A stretch of DNA of 63,928 nt, counting the filler, from Aduncisulcus paluster (lineage: Eukaryota), in assembly GCA_024181965.1 (NCBI GenBank). It is 6 parts of 6 records of this genome, joined end to end, with 100 filler letters (N's around TTAATTAATTAA, not from the genome) between each part and the next. Parts side by side here need not be neighbours in the genome. Positions count along the whole stretch, not along the records: positions 48,034 to 60,212 come from BQXS01012469.1; positions 60,313 to 62,357 come from BQXS01012498.1; 4 more parts are not named here. One strand, 5' to 3'. The notes beneath the pieces were generated by a model, which was given only the letters and a program-made list of their open reading frames with translations, ran no database searches and was not told where the DNA came from. The position numbers and the translations under genes were made by a program. Positions 50,149 to 60,314 of the stretch are shown here, piece by piece. How positions within the stretch are numbered: position 1 is the first letter of the stretch; every line of letters starts with the position of its first letter.

Positions 50149-53100
50149 CTAATCTCCCCTCTCTTTTGATTTCTTTTCCTCATTTGACTCTTTGATGGAG
50201 TCTAAGCCCGTTCGTCCCTCATACTCCTCAAGCTGACGATGAATGTACTCCTCGATGGATGGACACTCCCATCCTTCTCCAACATGGGGAAGTAAATGCT
50301 TGATCTCATCCGTCAGTTTACGTGCATCATGGATCGTCATTCGTTTGGACTTGTCTGGCTCCATGATACCCTCGAAGGCTGCAAGAAGATTGTCATACAC
50401 TGGCTTGAACTTTCCATCGCACATCGTCTTGAGTTCAAGGAAGAGCTCAGAGTCATCCAAACGTGGGAGCGTAGTATCTTTGTCTGACATTATATGTCTC
50501 AAAGCTGCAATAAGTTTCATGCTGTAATCATCAGACGAGTTGATACTTGTTACCTCCGGATAACTCATGAATGGTTGTTTCATGTTGTTGAACAAAGACC
50601 ATATCGTCAGGATGCATCCCCATGTGTCACTGGCTTGAGAGTACCGTCCATATTGAAGACTCTCGGGTGCATTGTAACACAGAGTGCCCACAATACAACG
50701 AGGACTACGACCACGTGGATCAGAGCCATCCTTGGGAGTTTCTGACGAGGACGAATCATCTGATCTGAGCGTCTGGAATGAACTCTGACGTGACATGGAA
50801 TCATGGATCTCGACAAACCCAAGATCTCCAAGAACAACCTTACAGTATTCATCGGGAGACGTGAAACGAACAAGGAAGTTCTCAGGCTTGATGTCACGAT
50901 GGATGAGCTTCTTCTTCGCCTTGAACAGATTGGACATGCATTCAATGATATCCACACTCAGGGCAGCGATCTTCGTAGGGTCATACACAAGGTCATCATC
51001 ATCATCTTCGGATGGATCGCATTCATTGAGGTCAAGAGCCCAACTCTTTGCAAAGTCAATGACACTGCCACCTCGACAGAACTCCATCAGAATCCCGAAT
51101 GTCCCCTTCAGGTCACCATCAAGAAGATCGAGGGTGTACAAAGGACGAGGCACACAAGTCTTCAAAGATCCAGACAAGTACAGACGACACTGACGGGAGA
51201 ACTCTTTCTTTAACATGTCGATGAATCGTTTGTTGTCATCGCTAACTTGCTGGTTCTTGATGCATTTCAGGGCGCATTGCAGCGGAGGAATAGAAGGATC
51301 CCTAAAATCAACACGAACAAGAGTGACTTCTCCAAACCCACCAACACCAATGATGCACTGAGGAGTGACTGACGAACCCGCAGGCAAGGACATATTGGCA
51401 CCAGATTTCTTGGAGATGGATTTGGATGTCGAAGAAGAGAATGCACCCGTGGAAGAAACAGTTGAATCAAGGATCAATGTACGAATTTCATACTTTGAAT
51501 CCTTTGTTATCGCACTGTGGTTATCTTTGACATCATTTTTCGAATCGTCGCTATAGGATATACAAGAGCTTTCATCACCATTGTCTGTTTCCTCATCAGG
51601 AGTTGTATCATCTTTTTCTTCTTTTCCTTCAAGACCCTGCATCTTCGAAATAATCTGTTCAACACCAGAATGTATATTTGCACTCAGTTTCTTTGAGCGA
51701 TCGTCCCCATCTTTTGATTTTCTGTGACAAAGATATCTGAAACATATGAGCACAATAATGATCAAGAACCCAAAAATTGCCAGAATGATCCAGAATCGGA
51801 ATTGCGGATCGAACGAGAAGAATATTTGATGGGACAATTGAAGCCATGTATTGGGATAGTTTGGAGATTGTTCTGACGAATCTTCTGACATGTTTGATTG
51901 TTGCATTGTGATAATTGGTGGCTGGACTGAGATGTTTGTTGGGGGATCTACTAATATGGTGGTGAGATCTTCCGAGCTCACGATTGGATCGTCCAGGATT
52001 GTTACTATTGGAACTTCTGAGATTATTATTGGATCCTTTGAGTAACCATAATCAATAACGCAGAACCCTCGGCCATCCAATCGAAGCTTGTTGTTATCAC
52101 TATCAAAGTCAGGACATTCACATTCACGGGTGTCTGTGTTACATATCCCTTCAATTCCACACAGAACATTATTGTTATCGATGGGGCATTCCGATAAGCA
52201 GTCATACCCATACCATCCTTCTCTACACTCACAGAAGGAAGGTCTTCCTGCCCTAAGAACAGCAACTGTGTTGGGAGCATCTTGACAAGCTTTGACTCGA
52301 TTTTTCGTGAATGACAATAAAGGGGTTTCACACTTTCCATTGAGAGTATTCATATAGTACCCATTCCAACATTCACGAACCCAATGGTCATGATAGGCAT
52401 GAACACACATTTCATTGTCTTTAAAGCTTATGGCTTCCTCACACAGACATGTCTGATGTTGGTTGTCAGACAGGGAAAGAGGCACAAAGCTAGAGACACG
52501 TGCATAGTGTGAATTGATCGAGTCAATCACTCCTTCAATATCACAAAGATAGTTCTCAGCAATATGTACAGATGTCAGATGTTCAAAGGGTTTATGGGTG
52601 ATGAAAGACGAAACATCGGTGATTTCATTCGAACTAACATCAAGAGTCTCTAAATACTGGAATGTTTCAAGCATTGGAAGTGTGGAGAGAGGAATGAAAT
52701 AGTCTTCAAGCTTTAAGGTTTTCAGATTTGCGAATCCATACTCATAAATATCATCGATCGGAATGGGGGACTTTGAGATGTGAAGAGAAGTAATCTGGGA
52801 GGCGATGGGAGAGAAACTTTTTAATGTTTTAATGTATTCATTATCAACAAACCTAATTCTTCTCAAGTTGGGAAGATATTTCCAAAATGGAATCATTAAC
52901 TTTAACGTACTATCAGTACCAGTATCAATAAAGTTTATCTCTGTAACTTTAGCAAGTCCTTCATCAGTGAAATCATCTTTCTTTCTGATTGTCATTGGAA
53001 GGTGAATCAGTTCACATTTCTCACCCTTGAATCCATCAGCACACGCACATGACCCATCCTTACAGCTTCCTCGACCACTACAGACCTGTCCCTTTGCATC

Positions 53101-56100
53101 CACTGGACAATTCTCTGTGCAAGCAGCACCATGCCAATTGGGATTACATTGACACTTGATCGTACTTGGGTCTGTTGAACCCTTGGCGAATCCACAAGAA
53201 CCATGACTTCCATCTTTCCCACAGCCAGAACATCTTCCCTGATCATACACACATTGTTCACCAGAGAGGAAATAGTTTGCTTTACATTGGCATTTGAACC
53301 CACGAATATCTGCATGATACCCGCATTCCTGGTTACTCGGACATTGTGAGTCCATACATTGTTGCTGTGAACATTCTTCTTTGCTCCCCTTCTCATGTTT
53401 CCACCCTTGTCTGCATTGACACTGGATATCTGAGCCTCCACGAGGATATATTGAATATTTCCTTTCTTTTTTCTCACAGATGGATACTTGAACACTCTCA
53501 TAATCGTTTGAAGCTTTGACACATTCACCGTACTGCTCGTCATAGAAGTATCCAGGCCAGCACTCAACGGCCCAATGATCGGGATACACTTCTCGACACA
53601 CCTCATGCTGAGTAACTAAAGGAGAAGACGGACACATGCATTTTTGGTGAGATAGGTTAAGCTCCAACTGATCTCCAAATCGTTGTCTCATGAGACTTCG
53701 AACACCATTAACATCACAGATGCGATTGGAAGAGAGATCGAGATATGAGAGTACTCCAGGAAGAAATAGATCACTCAGAAGCATGGTAGAAATGTCTGAG
53801 ATCTTGTTGTCGTTTAAACTCAACCTTTCCAGAATGAATGGAGATGTAATACGATCTGAAGACATGATCGGACTCATATCAAGAACATCTTCAATCTGAG
53901 TAATGTTACAAGAGTTCAGGGATAAGTCTGTCAAACCAGTTGGATTCATGGAGAGGTTCATGGACTTTGCCAAGAGTTGAACCACTAATTTGTTATACAC
54001 AACGGATTGATCCAAATCTGAATGTCCGAGATGATGCCCATCGAGATTCAATTTCTTGAGTCCAACAATATACTCCAGTCCTTGCAAAGGAGGGAAATCC
54101 TTGTTAGAGTCCTTTGTGATATCGGAGAGAATCAACGAATTGCACTTAAACCCACTCCGAAGTTCACTCACACTGATGACACCATTCTTCTCTGGTTCCA
54201 CACACTGGTGACTGATAAGGTAGTGTCGAATATCGGGATCATGGATCGTATAGCACTTTCCTCTGCGTTTATGAGAGATGACAGAGCATTCCTTGCTGTA
54301 CGTTTGAGGGTTATAGACTTCATTCTGCCGGATCGACGGACAGGATTTGCCAATACATGGTTGTCCATAGTCATTATTGAGGGGACAGAGATTCTTGGTG
54401 ATATACACCGGATTGCACCCGGAGGATGAATTGGATGGACACAGCAGAGGAAAGATGTTAGAGAGATACTCAATAACATCCCCTGAGCTTTCTTGATGAC
54501 ATAATGAGATGTATAGGGCATTATCATCGCCAGAGAGTGTCAGATCCTTCAGACCAGCATTTCTATACAATGTAGAAATATCATACATCTCAGTATTACC
54601 CAAAATAGAAAACTGAGAAAGTCGGTGGATTGCAGACAGTGCTGACAGATTTCCAATATCTATATCGGTATTTTTGAGACCAATGTTGACCAATTGGGTC
54701 AGATTTTCCAGTGGTTTGATGCTGTGAACATCATGGTCGGAGAGGTTCAACCCTTGGATATTTGTGAGGTATTCGAGACCAACAATGTCACTGAATTTAT
54801 AAGGACTCGGAGCGAAATTGAGGAATCCATCAAAAGTAGCCAAGTCAATTTCGTCAATGTCACATGCATCTTCACGTCCGAGGCTTCGACACAAGTAATA
54901 CCTCAGATTGATATCAGGGAAGTGTAGTGTAGTCATGGCGGCATCCCCGTTAGACCCTTTGAACCATGAACTCTGATACTCACATTGAATTGAATCGTTC
55001 GAAACCTTTTTCACAGCAAGTTGATGTGGAGTGTTCTCACACATTCGACACATGTTTCGCTCAAACTCAATTTCTTCCTTCGGCTTCGACTTCTTTGTAC
55101 TATATCCTGCAGGAAGGCAAGCAGACTCCTTTTCTGAATAGTAATACCCTTTCCAGCATTCAACAGCCCAACGATCGGGAGCAACCTCACGACAGACCTG
55201 GTATCTTGCAGATGATACAGGAGATGAACAGTGACAAGTCTGACCACTGTGAAGAAACTTCAAAGATTTGCCTTTCTTTCCAGTCGAACTGAATTTGCCA
55301 TGAAACATCGGCACGAGACCATCAATGTCGCAGATGTTGTTGTTCCTCAAATCCAAATAAGCGAGTTGGGTTTTGTTGTCACCTAAAAATAGAGGTGACG
55401 TGAGAAAATCAGTAATATCCGAGATATTATTGTCGGCCAGATCAAGGTGTTCCAAGCGATAAGGCATGGTCATGTTATCCTTGGATGCAATCGGAGTGAA
55501 GTCCAAAACATCTGACATATTCGAAATGCCACAATCTTTGGCAATCAATATTTTGAGACCGGACTCAAAATTCCAAGCAGTAGAGACATGTTTAGTGAGG
55601 AGTTGAATGACATTGAAGTCACCTTTTTTCAACTCGTAGCCAGTGAGATCTAACTTGACCAATCCAGTATTAGATCCTTGCATAAATTCTAAACCACGTA
55701 GCGATTCTATTTTTGATACAGAATGGGTGACAGAATGCAGTGAAAGAGAATTGCATTTGGTCGCTGTCCGTAAGGAAGCCACAGATAAGATCCCATTGTT
55801 CTCCTTTGGGATATTACATGATTTTGAAAGATACGACCGAATGAGATCATCATGTATGGTGAAACACTGGCCCTGTGGACCTTCTTTGGCAATGTAAGAG
55901 CATCTTTTGTGTTCGGGTCCAGGGAACACAGAGATGACCTCATTCAGCGACAAATTCGGACATTCTTCTCCACTACAAGAAGAAGTTTTCTTGCCCTTTG
56001 CATCTATCTTTCTTGGAAGAGAGCAAGAATTTGTCGTCAACGATGAGGTGGAACCAAGAAGAGGGAAAACCTTCTTAAAATAGATTTCCAGATCCTTGGA

Positions 56101-56655
56101 ACTTTCAGCATGACAAATGGGATTGAGCATATCCTTAGAGCTAAGAGAAAGCTTCTTAATCCCAATATTCTGGAATAAAAAGGAGATATCGAACAATAGT
56201 TGGTGGCCATAAAGGGATACCTCCTTCAAACGATTAAGACGAAACAAATTCCGAAAATCGCGAATTTGAAGCGATGATCTTCTAGCGCCCAAAGTTAAGG
56301 TTGTTAATTGGGGTAATTGCCCAATCTCTTCAGGATATAGAATTTTTAGATCGGTAAATTCGAGTCCAGCTACTGAGATCAAATACTTTATCCCATGAAA
56401 AGAATATATTCCCTCGGCTTTGATGGTATCTTGTATCTTAACAAGTTGCCTGATAGAATATTCACATGGCTTGTCCTTCAAATGAAAAAAGGATTTGGAA
56501 GCTTTACAAATAGCAGACTTAAGACTAACATCAATCACCACTTCTTGTTGTATTCTAATTTCTCCAGTTTCATTTGTCATGAAATATAATAAACCAATTA
56601 ATACCAATGAACGAAATAAATAAAATTTTGTTTGAATTCGAAATTCCATACTCAC
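50149..56655 (-). CDS. Single-pass receptor-like kinase: LRR + Cys-rich/EGF-like ectodomain, TM helix, kinase
   Basis: Hydrophobic N-terminus. LRRs such as LEHLDLADNNISDI and LERLSLNDNKISDI occur in about three repeated LRR/Cys blocks. EGF motifs CQCNPNWHGAAC, CACADGFKGEKC, CECREGWYGYDC. TM segment FWIILAIFGFLIIIVLICF. Kinase motifs GVGGFG, HRDIKPENF, DLG, YNAPE. Confidence 0.92.
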   Translation of the reverse strand: MSMEFRIQTKFYLFRSLVLIGLLYFMTNETGEIRIQQEVVIDVSLKSAICKASKSFFHLKDKPCEYSIRQLVKIQDTIKAEGIYSFHGIKYLISVAGLEFTDLKILYPEEIGQLPQLTTLTLGARRSSLQIRDFRNLFRLNRLKEVSLYGHQLLFDISFLFQNIGIKKLSLSSKDMLNPICHAESSKDLEIYFKKVFPLLGSTSSLTTNSCSLPRKIDAKGKKTSSCSGEECPNLSLNEVISVFPGPEHKRCSYIAKEGPQGQCFTIHDDLIRSYLSKSCNIPKENNGILSVASLRTATKCNSLSLHSVTHSVSKIESLRGLEFMQGSNTGLVKLDLTGYELKKGDFNVIQLLTKHVSTAWNFESGLKILIAKDCGISNMSDVLDFTPIASKDNMTMPYRLEHLDLADNNISDITDFLTSPLFLGDNKTQLAYLDLRNNNICDIDGLVPMFHGKFSSTGKKGKSLKFLHSGQTCHCSSPVSSARYQVCREVAPDRWAVECWKGYYYSEKESACLPAGYSTKKSKPKEEIEFERNMCRMCENTPHQLAVKKVSNDSIQCEYQSSWFKGSNGDAAMTTLHFPDINLRYYLCRSLGREDACDIDEIDLATFDGFLNFAPSPYKFSDIVGLEYLTNIQGLNLSDHDVHSIKPLENLTQLVNIGLKNTDIDIGNLSALSAIHRLSQFSILGNTEMYDISTLYRNAGLKDLTLSGDDNALYISLCHQESSGDVIEYLSNIFPLLCPSNSSSGCNPVYITKNLCPLNNDYGQPCIGKSCPSIRQNEVYNPQTYSKECSVISHKRRGKCYTIHDPDIRHYLISHQCVEPEKNGVISVSELRSGFKCNSLILSDITKDSNKDFPPLQGLEYIVGLKKLNLDGHHLGHSDLDQSVVYNKLVVQLLAKSMNLSMNPTGLTDLSLNSCNITQIEDVLDMSPIMSSDRITSPFILERLSLNDNKISDISTMLLSDLFLPGVLSYLDLSSNRICDVNGVRSLMRQRFGDQLELNLSHQKCMCPSSPLVTQHEVCREVYPDHWAVECWPGYFYDEQYGECVKASNDYESVQVSICEKKERKYSIYPRGGSDIQCQCRQGWKHEKGSKEECSQQQCMDSQCPSNQECGYHADIRGFKCQCKANYFLSGEQCVYDQGRCSGCGKDGSHGSCGFAKGSTDPSTIKCQCNPNWHGAACTENCPVDAKGQVCSGRGSCKDGSCACADGFKGEKCELIHLPMTIRKKDDFTDEGLAKVTEINFIDTGTDSTLKLMIPFWKYLPNLRRIRFVDNEYIKTLKSFSPIASQITSLHISKSPIPIDDIYEYGFANLKTLKLEDYFIPLSTLPMLETFQYLETLDVSSNEITDVSSFITHKPFEHLTSVHIAENYLCDIEGVIDSINSHYARVSSFVPLSLSDNQHQTCLCEEAISFKDNEMCVHAYHDHWVRECWNGYYMNTLNGKCETPLLSFTKNRVKACQDAPNTVAVLRAGRPSFCECREGWYGYDCLSECPIDNNNVLCGIEGICNTDTRECECPDFDSDNNKLRLDGRGFCVIDYGYSKDPIIISEVPIVTILDDPIVSSEDLTTILVDPPTNISVQPPIITMQQSNMSEDSSEQSPNYPNTWLQLSHQIFFSFDPQFRFWIILAIFGFLIIIVLICFRYLCHRKSKDGDDRSKKLSANIHSGVEQIISKMQGLEGKEEKDDTTPDEETDNGDESSCISYSDDSKNDVKDNHSAITKDSKYEIRTLILDSTVSSTGAFSSSTSKSISKKSGANMSLPAGSSVTPQCIIGVGGFGEVTLVRVDFRDPSIPPLQCALKCIKNQQVSDDNKRFIDMLKKEFSRQCRLYLSGSLKTCVPRPLYTLDLLDGDLKGTFGILMEFCRGGSVIDFAKSWALDLNECDPSEDDDDDLVYDPTKIAALSVDIIECMSNLFKAKKKLIHRDIKPENFLVRFTSPDEYCKVVLGDLGFVEIHDSMSRQSSFQTLRSDDSSSSETPKDGSDPRGRSPRCIVGTLCYNAPESLQYGRYSQASDTWGCILTIWSLFNNMKQPFMSYPEVTSINSSDDYSMKLIAALRHIMSDKDTTLPRLDDSELFLELKTMCDGKFKPVYDNLLAAFEGIMEPDKSKRMTIHDARKLTDEIKHLLPHVGEGWECPSIEEYIHRQLEEYEGRTGLDSIKESNEEKKSKERGD

Positions 56656-57632
56656 TTGATGAATCCAAAATTTCTTTGGAATAAGGAGTTGAATTCTCGC
56701 GAAATATAATAAATTACCAATATCATTGTGTTGTTTGTTTTAATAATTTGTAAAATGATATATCGGATGAAGTCCTCCAAATTGTCAAGCTAAATCTTTG
56801 GAATTTTTAACAACAATAATATTATTTGCAAATAATTATTTTGGGATTTTCTTTTTTGTTGTGAAATATCTTGATAATTTCATTGATAAAGTCTGGGATG
56901 AGTCAAAGTTGTCACTCGAGAAATAGATCATATCCAAATAGACCAAAATCTAAAACACAAATATAATGTCAAAATATCCGATTATCATTCAAAGAAACTG
57001 CTTTAAGCATTAGAAAGGACGCGACTGAACATGTTCAACATAGAAGTTCTATTAGAAACCGCAATAGGCCATAAAATCACCATCCACGGATGTTAATTGG
57101 ATTATATCAGTTACATTCTACTAGAAATTGTATTTGGATTGTATTGAAACACTGAGATTTAATCTCAGTGAGATTATCGTATTTAATTGCAATGTCTTGT
57201 TATTATTATGTCTTCCCGATATAATTTTAAATATAAATCTCATTATTTCCCACCTTAATAATGGCGAATTCTTTGGTTTGATGGAGATTGATGATTACCG
57301 ACATCAACCGGTGATTACCGGTATTCTTTTATTTTAATAAATTTGCTAGTCTCCCTTCACGGGATTAATAGGTTAGTGACACCTATAAACTGAGTGATTG
57401 CGATTCACTGTTGAGTTATGACGACTCGCTCTATCTTATTCTGTGTTCTGCCCTGTAGTATCAGATACTAAGTATCTCGATTTTGTTTGCGAAACAATTG
57501 TTTATTGTAAATTATATATATCATATTATATCCGATGTATACCCCAATGTTCCACAATGAAGTTCATGAGTACCCCTCTGTACACCAAGCTGTGTATCCT
57601 CCGTGTAACATCCTGCCCGTCCACACCGTGGC

Positions 57633-58280
57633 ATGATGAAAGGAATCATGAAGAGCATGGAGAAAGATCTCAAAGCCGATATTCAACGAGATGTTCTCCG
57701 CACAATGAAACGTGAAATGAAACGTGAAATGAGATGTGATAAGAGTTCTTACATGTATCATCCATTCCAACCTAATTCTATGATGTTCTCAGCCCCTCAT
57801 ATTGGACCTGAGTGTTCCAATGCTATGTTCCAAAGAAGACGTGCGAAGCATGGTAGGAGAATGTATGGAAGAATGAGCATGCCTGTCCATCCCATGCGTT
57901 CGATGTCTCCTTCTACCAAGCCTTTTCATCATCATCGTGGCAGACGTGGTCCTCATGTTCGCCATGGACACAGTCATGGCCCACGACCCTTTTCTCGTGG
58001 TGGTCCTCGTACCGCTGATCGTGTCGTGATGCGCCATGTTCGTGACGCTCTCGTATGTGCTCGTAACAATACTTCCCTGCCTCCAACATTCTTTGACGAT
58101 ATGTCTTCTTCTCTGTGTAAGCTTCCCGATGGTTCTGCTCTGATGCACCGTTTGGCTCCCATGACAGCTTCATTTGTTGAAATTGTTGACAAAAAAGCTG
58201 ATAAATCCACAAAAAATCTTGTGATTCCTGATTCAGAAGAGAAAGGTCCTGCAACCCATGATACCTCCAAAGAATTATGA
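57633..58280 (+). CDS. Hypothetical Met/His/Arg-rich protein
   Basis: 215-aa ORF with coding-like composition and AT-rich flanks. The 5' end may extend further upstream. Confidence 0.6.
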   Translation: MMKGIMKSMEKDLKADIQRDVLRTMKREMKREMRCDKSSYMYHPFQPNSMMFSAPHIGPECSNAMFQRRRAKHGRRMYGRMSMPVHPMRSMSPSTKPFHHHRGRRGPHVRHGHSHGPRPFSRGGPRTADRVVMRHVRDALVCARNNTSLPPTFFDDMSSSLCKLPDGSALMHRLAPMTASFVEIVDKKADKSTKNLVIPDSEEKGPATHDTSKEL

Positions 58281-58502
58281 TCGATCTTAATTGGTCACCT
58301 CCAAAAATCAAATATCAACAAAATTATCAAAATCCCCAATCTTTTCTGCATTTATGCAATAGATTCTGTTGAAATAACAGCTGATATCGTAAAAAGGATT
58401 TCTGAAGAGCGTGAATCACCCATTATGTGATGATATAGCTTAATAATTGGGGGTGGGGAAGATGAATATAACGATTTCAATACGAAATAAAAATATCAAT
58501 TA

Positions 58503-58928
58503 TCACGGTTTTGAAAGAAGTCTGACAATTCTTGTCAAAAACAAAACCAGAGCATGGATAAAAAGTAACGTAGCAACTACAGCTTTTCCAACATGTACTT
58601 TGAGTTCATCATCCATGATTCTAAATATATTCTCAGCATCAACTCGTAAATTTCCTTTTGTACGCCATCTATACAAGAAAAATCCTAAAATAAGTAAAGT
58701 TAAGAATCCACCAACATATCCTCCAATAATAAATTGTAGAACAGTCACGCAACACAATGAAATAATTTCAGCAAGTAAATATTTGTTAATGTCTCTACAT
58801 GCATCGACAGAATTGTAATTATCCTCTCTGAGGTCATCCAAAATAAATATACACCTTACTTCATAAACAAAGTAGGATATGAATAATAATATTAATAAAA
58901 ACCACAATAGACACACCAATCCGGACAT
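58503..58928 (-). CDS. Cornichon/Erv14 family COPII cargo receptor
   Basis: 141 aa with three hydrophobic segments. DDLREDNYNSVDACRDIN...AE and VDAENIFR correspond to the cornichon DLxxDYINPxDxCxxLN...PE and DPTEIF motifs. Confidence 0.85.
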   Translation of the reverse strand: MSGLVCLLWFLLILLFISYFVYEVRCIFILDDLREDNYNSVDACRDINKYLLAEIISLCCVTVLQFIIGGYVGGFLTLLILGFFLYRWRTKGNLRVDAENIFRIMDDELKVHVGKAVVATLLFIHALVLFLTRIVRLLSKP

Positions 58929-59223
58929 TCTTGCAAGAAAGTCGACTACAAAAAATCTACGAATTTTTTTATAGGACGAAACAGGCTCTCGCTAAATTTT
59001 TACTACTAGTAAAGGTTGTAGTACAACCACATTTTCAATTCTTATTGTTTGAAGATGTTTGTGGGATATTTGGTTTGACTAAATGATATCATATACTAAA
59101 CGTTCAAATCCAAGAAATTTAAAATACATACTACTAGTACATACTATGTAGCTAGTAGCTATCTCAAATTTTAATCCTGTAGATTTCAGTTTTACAGACT
59201 ATTTCTGATTCTTTTTTCAATCC

Positions 59224-60210
59224 TCATTTCAATTTTCGGTGTTTTTTTACAAATTCCTCGATATTTGGATATTTCCATCCTTCTCCGAGAGGTGGAAGAA
59301 GAGAGGAAATGGGTTCTATCATTTTCCTGGCTTCATGGACAGACATTCGATCATGCTTTTGCACCCTTGTAAGTCCCTTGACGATCTGATTTAAACGGCT
59401 ATGAACTATTGAATATTCTCCGTGATCAATGGACAAGAGAGATTTGAAAAGAGACGTCCTTTCAATTAAGGGTGTGAATCCGTCCTTGATCAATTGAGAT
59501 AATGTAAAGGCATATTTTCCACTATCGAATTGCAACTCAAGAGCTTTGTTATCCTTATATGGATCATGACCAAGAAATAAAGCGATAATCGACATTCCAA
59601 GAGAGTAAGCATCACTCATTTGGCTTTGATCTCCTTCCATTAAACTCTCAAGAGCACTATATGCAAGAGTACCACAAGTTGATTTTTGCTTACTTTTTGA
59701 AGAAGAAATAGACTCTTCTTCTTCTAAAGTCGCAAAACTCACAGAAGTTGTTGAAGAACGAATTGTATCCTGGATCTTTGCCAACCCCAGATCGGCAAGG
59801 ACAACGGTGCATTTCTTTGAAGCCGGGTCAACACGAACAAGGAAGTTGTCAGGTTTGATGTCTCGATGAACAAGACTCTTCTTTGCCCTGAACACATCAT
59901 CAAGACACTCGATCATCCCAACACATAACGATGCCACTTTCACAGGGTTCAGTGTCATGGGATTAAAGTGTTCATGGCAATCACTCACAGAGTCTGAGGA
60001 AGAAATGACATCGGAGTCATCCTCTGAACTTCCATCGTCAAGCTGTCGAACATACTTGCCATCTGCACACCAACTCCTAGCAAAGTTCTTTATACTGCCG
60101 CCAACACAAAATTCCATACAAAAGCCGTAAACACCCCTGAACTCAGCATCGAGAAGGTCAACAATGTACAAAGGACGAGGGATGCGGTTGTTGCATTTTG
60201 GTTTCAGGTA
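59224..60210 (-). CDS. Kinase-family gene, 5' truncated at contig end
   Basis: PKCNNRIPRPLYIVDLL, MEFCVGGS, HRDIKPDN, DLG, GTLAYSALE, RMSVHEAR. Confidence 0.9.
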   Translation of the reverse strand, partial: YLKPKCNNRIPRPLYIVDLLDAEFRGVYGFCMEFCVGGSIKNFARSWCADGKYVRQLDDGSSEDDSDVISSSDSVSDCHEHFNPMTLNPVKVASLCVGMIECLDDVFRAKKSLVHRDIKPDNFLVRVDPASKKCTVVLADLGLAKIQDTIRSSTTSVSFATLEEEESISSSKSKQKSTCGTLAYSALESLMEGDQSQMSDAYSLGMSIIALFLGHDPYKDNKALELQFDSGKYAFTLSQLIKDGFTPLIERTSLFKSLLSIDHGEYSIVHSRLNQIVKGLTRVQKHDRMSVHEARKMIEPISSLLPPLGEGWKYPNIEEFVKKHRKLK

Positions 60211-60212
60211 TA

Positions 60213-60312
60213 NNNNNNNNNNNNNNNNNNNNNNNNNNNNNNNNNNNNNNNNNNNNTTAATTAATTAANNNNNNNNNNNNNNNNNNNNNNNNNNNNNNNN
60301 NNNNNNNNNNNN
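60213..60312. other. Artificial contig linker
   Basis: N44-TTAATTAATTAA-N44. Confidence 0.98.
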
Positions 60313-60314
60313 TG

